Origin: a virus
Lineage: Duplodnaviria; Caudoviricetes
DNA length: 40,956 nucleotides
Direction: 5' to 3' (one strand)
Virus record (IMG/VR): IMGVR_UViG_3300006077_000373
Coordinates: 1 to 40,956 of that record
A program made the position numbers and the translations under genes. This document shows, piece after piece, positions 1-8,253 of this stretch (position 1 is its first letter; every line of letters begins with the position of its first letter). The notes below the pieces were generated by a model. That model was not told the origin of the DNA and did no database searches. It saw only the letters and a list, made by a program, of their open reading frames with translations.

Positions 1-73
1 AGAACACCTCCAGCCACTCACCTGCGCTGTTCTGGGTGCCGATGCCAAAGGCCAGACTGAAACATTCACTCAT
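1..73 (-). CDS. dapD: 5' end of tetrahydrodipicolinate N-succinyltransferase (runs off window)
   Basis: Reverse strand reads MSECFSLAFGIGTQNSAGEWLEVF, matching the Pseudomonas-type DapD N-terminus; dapC-yffB-dapD synteny. Confidence 0.85.
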   Translation of the reverse strand, partial: MSECFSLAFGIGTQNSAGEWLEVF

Positions 74-97
74 GGGGCGGTTCCTTTGATGCTAGTG

Positions 98-454
98 CTA
101 TGCATTGGATTCAAACGCGCTGGCGTACCACTCCGGCTTGAAGCCGACCAGGCGCTGCGAGCCGATATCCAGTACCGGTCTTTTTATCATTGAGGGGTTG
201 GCTTGCATCAGCGCAACCGCCTTGTCTGTATCGATGTTTTCCTTGTCCGCGTCGTCAAGCTTGCGGAAGGTAGTGCCCTTGCGGTTGAGGATGATTTCCC
301 AACCGTGTTCGGTGCACCATGCATGCAGCCGCTCGGCGTCAATGCCTTGTGTCTTGTAGTCGTGAAACTGGTAGTCGACACCGTGCTCGTCGAGCCAGGT
401 GCGGGCCTTTTTCATGGTGTCGCAGGCCTTGATGCCGTAGAGAGTGCAAGTCAT
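98..454 (-). CDS. yffB: ArsC/Spx-family (YffB-like) reductase with phage-supplied N-terminus
   Basis: MTCTLYGIKACDTMKKARTWL...HDYK...LNRKGTTFRKL...PSMIKRPVL; ATG at 454-452. The longer 153-aa ORF extends into att/int sequence. Confidence 0.9.
   Translation of the reverse strand: MTCTLYGIKACDTMKKARTWLDEHGVDYQFHDYKTQGIDAERLHAWCTEHGWEIILNRKGTTFRKLDDADKENIDTDKAVALMQANPSMIKRPVLDIGSQRLVGFKPEWYASAFESNA
423..439. repeat. att core, integrase-proximal copy (CAGGCCTTGATGCCGTA)
   Basis: Matches CAGGCCTTTATGCCGTA at 40781-40797 at 16/17 positions; lies in the yffB YGIKAC codons. Confidence 0.9.
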
Positions 455-459
455 TGATT
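447..459 (-). promoter_or_regulatory. IHF binding site next to att core
   Basis: AATCAATGACTTG fits the WATCAANNNNTTR consensus and overlaps the replacement yffB ATG. Confidence 0.65.
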
Positions 460-478
460 TATAAAGGGGTGAAGCAGC

Positions 479-497
479 CTCCCCAATTCTCCCCAAA
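479..497. repeat. Putative integrase arm-type sites (CTCCCCAA x2)
   Basis: Tandem CTCCCCAA; similar TCCCC(C)AA motifs recur at 40471-40510 and ~40650. Confidence 0.55.
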
Positions 498-521
498 ATG
501 TCGCAAAAACTCGATGCGGAA

Positions 522-1604
522 TTATGCCACCTCGATCCACTCTGTACCACGGGAGTCACGATAGAGGTCTGTCATCTTGCTGGACTTGTGGCCCAGCAGC
601 GCCTGCGCGTCGCGACCCTCGGCAGAGTGCAGGCGGGCAGCCAGAGAGCGCATTTCATGGAAGCTCGGCGGTTTTGGGTACGACAATCCAAGGTCGGCCA
701 TGGCTTCGTCACGCGCATCAGCAAACGCCTTGCTCAGCGTATCCAGCATGATCGGCTGCCCAGGCATCGCCCGGCTGACGCGGCGGGCGTGATGGACAAG
801 ATGCTTGCTCAGCACATTGTCGCGGCACCGCTGGATGACCGTCCCAAGATCCAGTCCGATGCAGTCGAGCCGCACGGCGGTGCTGATGCGCAGGCGTTGG
901 CCGGTCTTTGCCTGGATGACCTGCAGGTGGTCATCAACAATATCCTTGAACAGCATTCCTGCAATGTCGTCGCGGCGCTGTCCGGTCAGCAGGGCAATTT
1001 CCATAGCGCGCTTCAGCCACGGCTGTTTTGCCCGGTCATAGATGGCCTGCCATAGCTCAAGCGAAAGGCGCGAGCGCTGGATCTTCACCCTGGCGGCCTT
1101 GGTAACCTGCACAGGGTTGGCATCCGTCCAGCCTGCCGCTATCGCCTCGGCAAACATATCACTCAGCAGCGACCGCATTGCCCGGCTCATCTGCGCCTTG
1201 CCTTCCTTTGCCAGCCCGCCCAGATACTCGGCCACCTCCCTGGTGCTGATGTCCCGAATGTCCCGATCCCCGAACAGATCTTTCAGCCGGTTGATTCGCA
1301 TGCCCAGGTTGCGCCGGGTTGATGCCGCTACGTCTCGCTCATCTATGATGCGCCGGTATTCGTCGCACCACGCCCGGAACGGCTGCCCGACCTGCATGCG
1401 CTGGGCCAGACTGGCTGGGCTGAAATGCGCGTTGGCCGCATGAGCCTCACGGATGGCGGCGGCCTTGTCCGTCCCCAGCCCGAATGACCGCCCCGTCATC
1501 GGGTCGCGGTAGGTGTAGTACGTCACGCCGTTGCGCTTGTCGGTCTTGCGGTACAGGTTAGGCGGCAGATCCTTGGAGCCTGCCGTGCGGGGTCTGGGTG
1601 CCAT
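522..1604 (-). CDS. int: Lambda-like tyrosine integrase
   Basis: N-terminal arm-binding domain (LPPNLY...YYTYRDP), TGQRRDD, FHEMRSL, LLGH, catalytic Tyr in LYRD; adjacent to att. Confidence 0.95.
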   Translation of the reverse strand: MAPRPRTAGSKDLPPNLYRKTDKRNGVTYYTYRDPMTGRSFGLGTDKAAAIREAHAANAHFSPASLAQRMQVGQPFRAWCDEYRRIIDERDVAASTRRNLGMRINRLKDLFGDRDIRDISTREVAEYLGGLAKEGKAQMSRAMRSLLSDMFAEAIAAGWTDANPVQVTKAARVKIQRSRLSLELWQAIYDRAKQPWLKRAMEIALLTGQRRDDIAGMLFKDIVDDHLQVIQAKTGQRLRISTAVRLDCIGLDLGTVIQRCRDNVLSKHLVHHARRVSRAMPGQPIMLDTLSKAFADARDEAMADLGLSYPKPPSFHEMRSLAARLHSAEGRDAQALLGHKSSKMTDLYRDSRGTEWIEVA

Positions 1605-1821
1605 GGCGTGCGCGCTCGATTCGGTTGATCAATGGGGCGTCAGGAATATCGGGTAGCGGGTCAGAGTCGCAATACTCGGCATTCTCGTCAACGTAGTAGG
1701 TGCGGCCCATCTTTTGGGCAGGTGGGTCGAACTTGCCACTACGGGCCCATGCCCGCAGCGTATTGATGGTTGGCGGCGGGTCGAGCCGTTCGGCCCACGC
1801 CTCAAGCGTGATGAGTTTCAT
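1558..1821 (-). CDS. xis: Excisionase
   Basis: LITLEAWA...PPPTINTLRAWARSG...PAQKMGRTYYV winged-helix pattern; overlaps the int start. Confidence 0.85.
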   Translation of the reverse strand: MKLITLEAWAERLDPPPTINTLRAWARSGKFDPPAQKMGRTYYVDENAEYCDSDPLPDIPDAPLINRIERARHGTQTPHGRLQGSAA

Positions 1822-1824
1822 CGG

Positions 1825-2085
1825 TCATGCCTCCCGATATTCTTCGGCCTTAGGGTATTTATCCAAGTCTTCGGTGATCGTGACCTCGGCATAGTTCTCA
1901 ATTCCCGCGGTGCCGGTTTGATCGCGAGTCAGCAAAACCACTCTGACTGTGACCGCCTCGCTATCGAGGCCAACGTGGGCCTCCAGAGCTACGACTTCGG
2001 CAAGAGCTTTTTTGATTTGCGCCTCGTTCAGCGTGGCTGAGTGGGTCTTTATGTTCTGCGATTTTGTGCTGATCTTTATGGTCAT
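1825..2085 (-). CDS. Hypothetical phage protein (86 aa)
   Basis: GGGAGG SD; tightly packed in the early operon. Confidence 0.7.
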   Translation of the reverse strand: MTIKISTKSQNIKTHSATLNEAQIKKALAEVVALEAHVGLDSEAVTVRVVLLTRDQTGTAGIENYAEVTITEDLDKYPKAEEYREA

Positions 2086-2087
2086 TG

Positions 2088-2693
2088 CTATGCCTCCCGG
2101 CTCAGTGATCTGTACTTTTTCCAGGCATCAATGTCTTCTCGGGAGACAAGCGCCGTGTCCTCGCCCAGTCGCCAACTGACCGGGTTCTTGCCGCCCGGGA
2201 AATTGAATCTCGCGCAGCGGTCGTTTTCGTGGTCGTTTGCCCAGATGTTAGTGATGCCTGGGAACTTCGCTGTGACGGCATCAAGCACCTCCTGCTTGCG
2301 CGCCTTTCGGGCGGCAGTATCGGCATCAGCCGCATCCTTGCACGCCTGACTGCAATAGACCGCGTCACCCACGAATACTGGTTCCAGCTCAAAGGGATTG
2401 CCGTCTTCGTCCTCTTCTTCCTGCACAGCGCCGTTCACCTGGCGATCACAGCATCCAGCGCAGGAGCACCAGTAGCCGTTGTCGATCCACGCTTTGGCGG
2501 GCACAACGCGGGTGTCTGCGAACCGATCAGCCCAGGGCGCCCGTCTGCACGATTCAACATACTCCCACTCACAGCTGAGTTCGTTGCCGCCCTCGCGTCG
2601 TGCGCTAGCGCTGTTGGTGGCGAAGACAATCACAGCCGATTGCTCTTCGTCTTTAACGCAATAAGCCTTGAGCGGCTTTGATTCGGTGCTCAT
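2088..2693 (-). CDS. Cys-rich hypothetical phage protein
   Basis: Start MSTESK after GGGAGG SD; WCSCAGCC and YCSQAC motifs suggest metal binding. Confidence 0.7.
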   Translation of the reverse strand: MSTESKPLKAYCVKDEEQSAVIVFATNSASARREGGNELSCEWEYVESCRRAPWADRFADTRVVPAKAWIDNGYWCSCAGCCDRQVNGAVQEEEDEDGNPFELEPVFVGDAVYCSQACKDAADADTAARKARKQEVLDAVTAKFPGITNIWANDHENDRCARFNFPGGKNPVSWRLGEDTALVSREDIDAWKKYRSLSREA

Positions 2694-2721
2694 TGGCGAT
2701 GCCTCCCGGCGTGTAGGGTGG

Positions 2722-3108
2722 TTACTGGAATCGGATTTGCGCGCCAGGGCCAAGCTGGATCACATTCGGGTCGTTGCCGATCACCTTCTTCATCAGCCGG
2801 TAGGTGTTTGGCGCGCGCCGCTGCTTCGACCAGTTGAACCCAGCCTCTTCAAGGAACGTCGCCTCAATCTCGTCCCAGCGATCAATCAGCCGCCCCCACA
2901 CCTCGCTCAGCGCGGCAATCTTGTCGAACTGCTGGCGCACCTCTGGCACTTGCTCGAGCATCAGCAGGCAGCGATTCAGGTCGTCGGGGTCAAGCGGATA
3001 CGACGTTTTGCCCTGCATTCCGCATGCAGCGAGCGCCATTGCCTTCGAGCTGGAGCCGACTCGGCCGGTGGCAATCCAGTTCAGAACCTTATTTTCGATG
3101 TCAGACAC
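2722..3108 (-). CDS. Hypothetical phage protein (128 aa)
   Basis: GTG start with GGGAG SD; globular-looking ORF in the operon direction. Confidence 0.75.
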   Translation of the reverse strand: MSDIENKVLNWIATGRVGSSSKAMALAACGMQGKTSYPLDPDDLNRCLLMLEQVPEVRQQFDKIAALSEVWGRLIDRWDEIEATFLEEAGFNWSKQRRAPNTYRLMKKVIGNDPNVIQLGPGAQIRFQ

Positions 3109-3189
3109 AATACTTCTCCCTCCGGCGCGGCCGGATGCGTAAAAGTGGAATAGGGGATAGCCCGATAGGGCGGATATAGCGGGGTGGGG

Positions 3190-3396
3190 CTATTGCTGTT
3201 CGGCTTCGATCTTATGCCGGCAGTTCTGCACGCCCATGTTTACGCGGATGCCCTGGTAATCATCGACAACGCCGCGATCCCATTGCGTGAACGCCAGATA
3301 GCGCTTGCATGTGTCGCGCTCAGGGCACCACTGGCCGTCCGGTAGCAGGTCATAGCGTCCGGCGCACCGGGCTATGTCGAGGGGTAGGGTGGTCAT
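3190..3396 (-). CDS. Small Cys-rich hypothetical protein
   Basis: DIARC...CPERDTCKRY...C; 4-bp overlap with the upstream gene. Confidence 0.65.
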   Translation of the reverse strand: MTTLPLDIARCAGRYDLLPDGQWCPERDTCKRYLAFTQWDRGVVDDYQGIRVNMGVQNCRHKIEAEQQ

Positions 3397-3590
3397 CGCT
3401 TGACCCCCTTCATTGCCCGATGGCAGTCATTCGATCCGGCTATGTACGACTCGCCCATAATCGCCCGCATCTCATCGCGCATTGCCTTGAGCGTTGACGG
3501 CATCGTGTAGTTTGCCAGCCTGCTGCCTGACGCTCGCAGGACTCGATCAAGCGCCTCGTCTATACGCTGCTGTGCGGCTGATACGCTCAC
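3393..3590 (-). CDS. Hypothetical phage protein
   Basis: Start and stop overlap both neighbours. Confidence 0.65.
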   Translation of the reverse strand: MSVSAAQQRIDEALDRVLRASGSRLANYTMPSTLKAMRDEMRAIMGESYIAGSNDCHRAMKGVKR

Positions 3591-3946
3591 GCCTCACCAT
3601 CCTTGCCCTGCTGGGCCAGTGCTGCGAAAGCTGCGCCGATTTCGCCAAACTCGCCCCACTCCGCTACTGCGCCATTCAGGTGGTAGCCGGCGACGCCAGC
3701 AGAGTCCGAAACAATAGCAAGTAAATCGCCAAGCGCTTCGGTCAACTCCGCAATCCGCGCCTTGTCTGCTGCGCGGGCGGCTTGCAACCTTTCCACCTCA
3801 GCTTGCAACCTTTCGTGGTCGGTGAGGCGGATGAGTGGCGCTACCTGCTCGCCATCGTCCATAAGCTGTTCAGCATATGCGCGGTCAACGCATGCGTGGC
3901 GACCTCTGTGTTCCCACATATACGCCACCACTTCCGGCTTACTCAT
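3587..3946 (-). CDS. Hypothetical phage protein with coiled coil
   Basis: Start MSKPEVVAY overlaps the upstream stop; GGAGG SD. Confidence 0.65.
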   Translation of the reverse strand: MSKPEVVAYMWEHRGRHACVDRAYAEQLMDDGEQVAPLIRLTDHERLQAEVERLQAARAADKARIAELTEALGDLLAIVSDSAGVAGYHLNGAVAEWGEFGEIGAAFAALAQQGKDGEA

Positions 3947-4203
3947 GGCCGCACCTCCGTCTTGCCGCGCAGCAACCAGACGGCAAGCCGCTCGCGTAAG
4001 GTGAGGAACCGGCACTTGCCACGTGCGTTGGTGATCAGCAGCCCGTCACGCTTTTTGTGGACACGGATAGACTCTCCATCGAGCGCGTGTGAAGCCGCCA
4101 GCAGCGTCTTTTTCGCATCCGATTGAGGCGTGTCATCGTTGAAGGTAAGACAGCGGGCGACACCTTGGCATTTGCTGGCCAGTTCTGATAAATGCTTACT
4201 CAT
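3943..4203 (-). CDS. Hypothetical phage protein
   Basis: Start MSKHL with AGGAG SD; coupled to neighbours. Confidence 0.65.
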   Translation of the reverse strand: MSKHLSELASKCQGVARCLTFNDDTPQSDAKKTLLAASHALDGESIRVHKKRDGLLITNARGKCRFLTLRERLAVWLLRGKTEVRP

Positions 4204-4444
4204 GGGGCTGCTCCTTGGCGAAAAGCTCTGGGTGGAGTTGTCGAGCAGGTCCGGCAAGCCAAGGGCGACGAATAACGATCTCTATGCCAAAAACCTCTAT
4301 ACGCACAGCGTTTGCAACCCGCATCTTCGCCACTTTTCTCCGGCGAGGGTCGAACCCGCGAAGGCTAACTGACAGCAATGCGCTTTTCGGTAGCTTTGGA
4401 TGGCGGACACAAGCGTCGTGAGGCAGATCATGGATATTTATCAC
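4196..4444 (-). CDS. Hypothetical phage protein
   Basis: GTG start overlapping the upstream stop; GGAGG SD. Confidence 0.6.
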   Translation of the reverse strand: MINIHDLPHDACVRHPKLPKSALLSVSLRGFDPRRRKVAKMRVANAVRIEVFGIEIVIRRPWLAGPARQLHPELFAKEQPHE

Positions 4445-5295
4445 TTCGCACCTCCGCTCTGGTGGGCTTTGCGCACCGCGTCAAGGCACGCAACTACCGC
4501 ATTGTTCCAGTACACCGCACCTCTACCGTGGTGCTTTGACTCTTCGTCACCCATTCGCACTGTGTCAATCTTCTCCAACAGTTCGAGCATTGTCGGGCCC
4601 GACACATCCTGCGCGGCAGTGGGTGCTGAGTGATACACAGCACACGCAAGCACCTCCGTAAGCTGGTCATCCTCCAAGTGATAGCTTCCATCCTCCAATC
4701 CGCCGAGTTCAAACGCCACTTGAATGGCTGAATTGATGGCATCTTCTGAGCAATTGGCGGGCGCGGCAGGTGCTGCCGGTCGTGGGGCTGGCGAGTCTCG
4801 CAGAACGTGGTCGATCAATGCGCTAACCGCCATGACGTTATCAAACTCAATATAGCCAGCAGTGTTTGTGCGCCCGCTAACATGCTCTATGCGCTCGTCA
4901 AGGCTCATGCCGTGTGTGGGGCTTTTCTTTCCGTGCGCACGTTCGTAGTAGCTGACCGCCTCCTGCTTCACCCGCTCAACAGGCGCAGCAGACGCAAGGC
5001 GAGCGTCACGCTGATCCGGCGTCTCGCCTTCAAATAGCCCCTCAAATCGCTGATTGCGCCCGCCGTCAGTAGCAAGCCGCTCAACAGGTGCAGGGGCGGC
5101 GGCGAGCATGGCCTGATAAACCGGCTGCACAACAAAGTCTTGGCAGTCGAAGCCTTGGCGCTCAAGCTCTGCAAGTGCGGCGTCCTTCATTTCGCGCGTG
5201 GCAACATCCGGCACACAAACCCGCATGCGCAGCTCTGCCAACTCAGACCGCGCAGCCAGCAGTTCTTTTTCCAGGTGTTCGGCGTAGTCGGTCAT
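4441..5295 (-). CDS. Mosaic hypothetical phage protein (284 aa)
   Basis: Long ORF with Ala/Pro linkers (AAAPAPVER, ASAAPVER) typical of modular early-region genes. Confidence 0.75.
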   Translation of the reverse strand: MTDYAEHLEKELLAARSELAELRMRVCVPDVATREMKDAALAELERQGFDCQDFVVQPVYQAMLAAAPAPVERLATDGGRNQRFEGLFEGETPDQRDARLASAAPVERVKQEAVSYYERAHGKKSPTHGMSLDERIEHVSGRTNTAGYIEFDNVMAVSALIDHVLRDSPAPRPAAPAAPANCSEDAINSAIQVAFELGGLEDGSYHLEDDQLTEVLACAVYHSAPTAAQDVSGPTMLELLEKIDTVRMGDEESKHHGRGAVYWNNAVVACLDAVRKAHQSGGAK

Positions 5296-5528
5296 GCCGC
5301 CACCTCATGCTTGTCAACGATCCCCAGTCCGCGCTCAATGATCTGCTGCGACGGCTTACCCATCAGCACCTCGCGCAACACCTCAACCGCCTCATGCTTG
5401 GCCTGAGTCTCTGCCAGCAGTGCCGCTTCCAGCTCTGCTACCCGCTCCCGCAACAGATCGGCATTCAGTAGTGCGGTATCAATTGCGCCTTCAATGCGCT
5501 GCTGCTCAGCTTGCTGCTCAGTATTCAT
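5292..5528 (-). CDS. Hypothetical coiled-coil protein
   Basis: GAGGAG SD; coupled to neighbours. Confidence 0.65.
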   Translation of the reverse strand: MNTEQQAEQQRIEGAIDTALLNADLLRERVAELEAALLAETQAKHEAVEVLREVLMGKPSQQIIERGLGIVDKHEVAA

Positions 5529-5730
5529 TGCTCTGCTCCTCATTTTCTGGATAGCGCCGCAGGCCGCGGACGCCTGATTGCGCGTCGTTTTTGATCTGCT
5601 TCAGCTGACGCGACAGGTCGTCCAGCTGCTGCACGGTCATCAGGGCATCAAGCCCTGGCAGGCCGTTTACCTCTGCCAAGGGCTGACCGTTGCGCCCGGT
5701 GATGTGCCGGGCTGTGAGTTGGGTGGTCAT
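5518..5730 (-). CDS. Hypothetical phage protein
   Basis: Coupled ORF in the early operon. Confidence 0.65.
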   Translation of the reverse strand: MTTQLTARHITGRNGQPLAEVNGLPGLDALMTVQQLDDLSRQLKQIKNDAQSGVRGLRRYPENEEQSNEY

Positions 5731-5963
5731 GACTGTTGAGCTCCCGGCAGTGCCTTGGGCTGATTCATGAAGCCGGTGCTGCTCTTTTCAGGGTCTCCGA
5801 CCAAGGCGAGGTACTGGACCTCAACCTTGGCGGTCTCTACCAGCACCTTGCCTACCTCGGTGATGCGTTTCATGCGCTCGAGGTCGACCTCTTTGTCGCT
5901 GTCTGACAGGTCCTCGAGGGCCATGAACAGATGGTTACGCAGGTCAGTCATTGAGTTCTTCAT
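5727..5963 (-). CDS. Small helical protein coupled to the HNH gene
   Basis: MKNSMTDLRNHLFMALEDL...AKVEV; overlaps the end of the HNH gene. Confidence 0.75.
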   Translation of the reverse strand: MKNSMTDLRNHLFMALEDLSDSDKEVDLERMKRITEVGKVLVETAKVEVQYLALVGDPEKSSTGFMNQPKALPGAQQS

Positions 5964-6597
5964 CGTTGCGATCCTTGATCTTGCGCTCGAGCCTTTTGAC
6001 CAGCTTGATGGCTGCCTTCAGCTCTGGCGGGTAGCGGTGGATGGTGTTGCGGCGGGCAAGCTCGGCGCGACTGATTAGCTCAAGCCGGTCGATGCTGATG
6101 TTTTCGTGCTTGGGCAGCGTGTCTTTGAACACCACAACATGCCCTGCCGGGATCTCGCCGTTATGCTCGATCCAGACCAGCCGGTGAACGGCTTGGTAGT
6201 CTCGCCTGGTGCAGCCGGTGTCGGTGATCTTGCGCTCGAGGTAGCCGTCCTGGGTGACGCGCTCGGTGCCGATTGGTTGCCAGTTGCTTGGCTTATGCCC
6301 AGCCTTGAAACGGGTTTCGGCACTGCGCCCGCCTGCGGTGTAGTTCATGCCTTTGTTCCAGGTCTGATGACCCTGCTTGAACCGCGTCTTGTTGCCTACC
6401 TGATCGCCCTTGCGCAGCCTGCAGGCATGCGGGCTGGCGAGATATGCATCACTGCGTTTCAGGCCCATGACTCCGGCCTTTGCATAGATCTGGCGATCTG
6501 TTCGGTTGAGGGCGGCCTTCAGCTCAGGCATCGGCGTGTCTGGGTACAGCTCACGCAGGCGCTGCTCTTCGTCAGCGCTCCAGTATCGGCGAGTCAT
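5944..6597 (-). CDS. HNH endonuclease with N-terminal DNA-binding modules
   Basis: VHRLVWIEHNGEIPAGHVVVFKD...ENISIDRLELISRAEL HNH-like core; RFKxGH repeats. Confidence 0.8.
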   Translation of the reverse strand: MTRRYWSADEEQRLRELYPDTPMPELKAALNRTDRQIYAKAGVMGLKRSDAYLASPHACRLRKGDQVGNKTRFKQGHQTWNKGMNYTAGGRSAETRFKAGHKPSNWQPIGTERVTQDGYLERKITDTGCTRRDYQAVHRLVWIEHNGEIPAGHVVVFKDTLPKHENISIDRLELISRAELARRNTIHRYPPELKAAIKLVKRLERKIKDRNDEELND

Positions 6598-6611
6598 GTG
6601 AGGTTCCTCGG

Positions 6612-7445
6612 TTAGAAGAGCGCCAACTGCTCCTCGCGGATTTCCCGGCGCGGCAAGACAAGATCTTGTCTAAGCATGTCTTTTTCCGGTTCTTCTGCTG
6701 GCGCTTTAGATGAGTCCATATCGCTTCCGAGCGCATAGCCGCGCTCCAGCTTTACGCCCCACAAACCCATGATGTGAGCGGGCGTGAACCACTGTTCGCG
6801 CACCTCAAGGGCCAGGGTGTTGCCCAGCACGACAATGGCCGGGATATGCAGCAGCGATAGCTGCAGGAAACACATGTGAACGGCGCGGCTGTCTACGTCC
6901 TGGGCAACGACGTGCATGTGCTGCTGGTAGTTGATCCCCGCTTTGCTCATGGCCTCCGCCATGGCGATTACCATGGCCCCAGCGCCTGCGGCTGGCTCGT
7001 TTACCCTGACAAAGCCGCGCTGCCGGATGAGCTCTCGCATGTGATCCCCATCGCCAACATTGACCTGAGCAGTCATGGCGCAGAGGTGGTAAGGCGTGAA
7101 GAACTGGCCGCGGGCGCTGTTGCCCAGTTCCAGCTCGCTAAACACCCTGCCCAGCACGTCGTCTGGCCCGCACTCCATTGCCAGGGTCAATTCGCCGAAC
7201 ATCATGGGGAAGAGCTTTTGCTCTGCTGGCTCATAGCGCCCGATCAGCTGCATGTAGCGCTGCTCCCGACTATCGCGCTGGGTGAGGTCGGTGGCGTTAG
7301 CCAGGGCAATGGCGGACATTTCGATGAAGTCGCCAAACACCTCCCACAGGTGATGCCTGTGGCTGGCTTGGTTCAGGAGTTTGATCAACGCCTTGCGGTG
7401 AGCTTCGGCGGTGGCTGTTGCTGGAGGCTTGATGCGGGCATTCAT
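6612..7445 (-). CDS. N-6 DNA methylase (HsdM)-like protein, no recognisable motif IV
   Basis: GQFFTPY, EPAAGAGAM (motif I), QDVD, GNTL present; no NPPY/F. Confidence 0.75.
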   Translation of the reverse strand: MNARIKPPATATAEAHRKALIKLLNQASHRHHLWEVFGDFIEMSAIALANATDLTQRDSREQRYMQLIGRYEPAEQKLFPMMFGELTLAMECGPDDVLGRVFSELELGNSARGQFFTPYHLCAMTAQVNVGDGDHMRELIRQRGFVRVNEPAAGAGAMVIAMAEAMSKAGINYQQHMHVVAQDVDSRAVHMCFLQLSLLHIPAIVVLGNTLALEVREQWFTPAHIMGLWGVKLERGYALGSDMDSSKAPAEEPEKDMLRQDLVLPRREIREEQLALF

Positions 7446-7471
7446 GGTTACCTCTGGAACAGGCGTGGCAC

Positions 7472-7933
7472 TCAAGCCGCTTCGCCCTGCTCCCAGCACC
7501 CAACCGCCTCGAACACTCTGGCGGCCTCGTCCTCGGTCAGCGACTCGCCGACCGGGCTTGCGATCCAGCCTGTTCCGATGACGTGGGATTGGTTACAGCT
7601 GGCAAGCAGCTCTTCGTGGTAGTGGGTTATGGCCGGGTTGATCTGCTCTGATCGGTATTGGCCAGCAGGCACGATCTCTTCGCCCTTGATGTACCGCTCG
7701 CCCAGCGGGGAGCGGCAGAACACGGCGAGGTAGATCGTCCAGCGGTGGGGCAGGTCGCACACGCCGTTGACCAGCTGCCTGCTGGACTTCACTGCTCTGC
7801 AGGTCTTCCAGTTGATCAGGCCCTGCTTGTCCTGGGGCAGCAGGTCGACGATGGCGATATGGTTCTGCCGCAGCAGCGCCTCGGTTGCGCGCAGCAGGCG
7901 GCGCTGGCCGTCGTTCTTCTTGCGCACCTTCAT
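7472..7933 (-). CDS. Hypothetical phage protein (153 aa)
   Basis: Coupled ORF with phage-typical GC3-rich codons. Confidence 0.75.
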   Translation of the reverse strand: MKVRKKNDGQRRLLRATEALLRQNHIAIVDLLPQDKQGLINWKTCRAVKSSRQLVNGVCDLPHRWTIYLAVFCRSPLGERYIKGEEIVPAGQYRSEQINPAITHYHEELLASCNQSHVIGTGWIASPVGESLTEDEAARVFEAVGCWEQGEAA

Positions 7934-8253
7934 CGCCGCTTTCTCCCAACCGGCAGCCCGTTGAACTTGATGCCGTTCTTCTGGGCTATCAGCTTCACCA
8001 TGTCGCGGGTCAGCTGCTTGTCCGCCAAGCCCTCATCGTTGATGCACATGACGGCGTAGCGCATGGTCTTACCTTCCCGGGCCAGCGCTCGCAGGCGTCG
8101 AACCAGCGCAGTGCTGAATGTCTCGGTTCGCGGTCTACGCGGTACCGGCGTGAATGCTGGCGCCTGGGTGACTTTTCCACCATTGGCGGTAAAGGCTGCG
8201 ACCTTGGCGGCCAGATCGTCCGAGCGACTGCTATCGATGGTCTGGCGATGCAT
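7930..8253 (-). CDS. Hypothetical protein, possible C-terminal DNA-binding domain
   Basis: LAAKVAAFTANGGKV motif and basic helical C-terminus. Confidence 0.65.
   Translation of the reverse strand: MHRQTIDSSRSDDLAAKVAAFTANGGKVTQAPAFTPVPRRPRTETFSTALVRRLRALAREGKTMRYAVMCINDEGLADKQLTRDMVKLIAQKNGIKFNGLPVGRKRR

Noticed and set aside
455-559. N-terminal extension of the 153-aa ArsC-family ORF
   Set aside because: It overlaps the int 3' end and att arm sites; family similarity begins at MTCTLYGIK.
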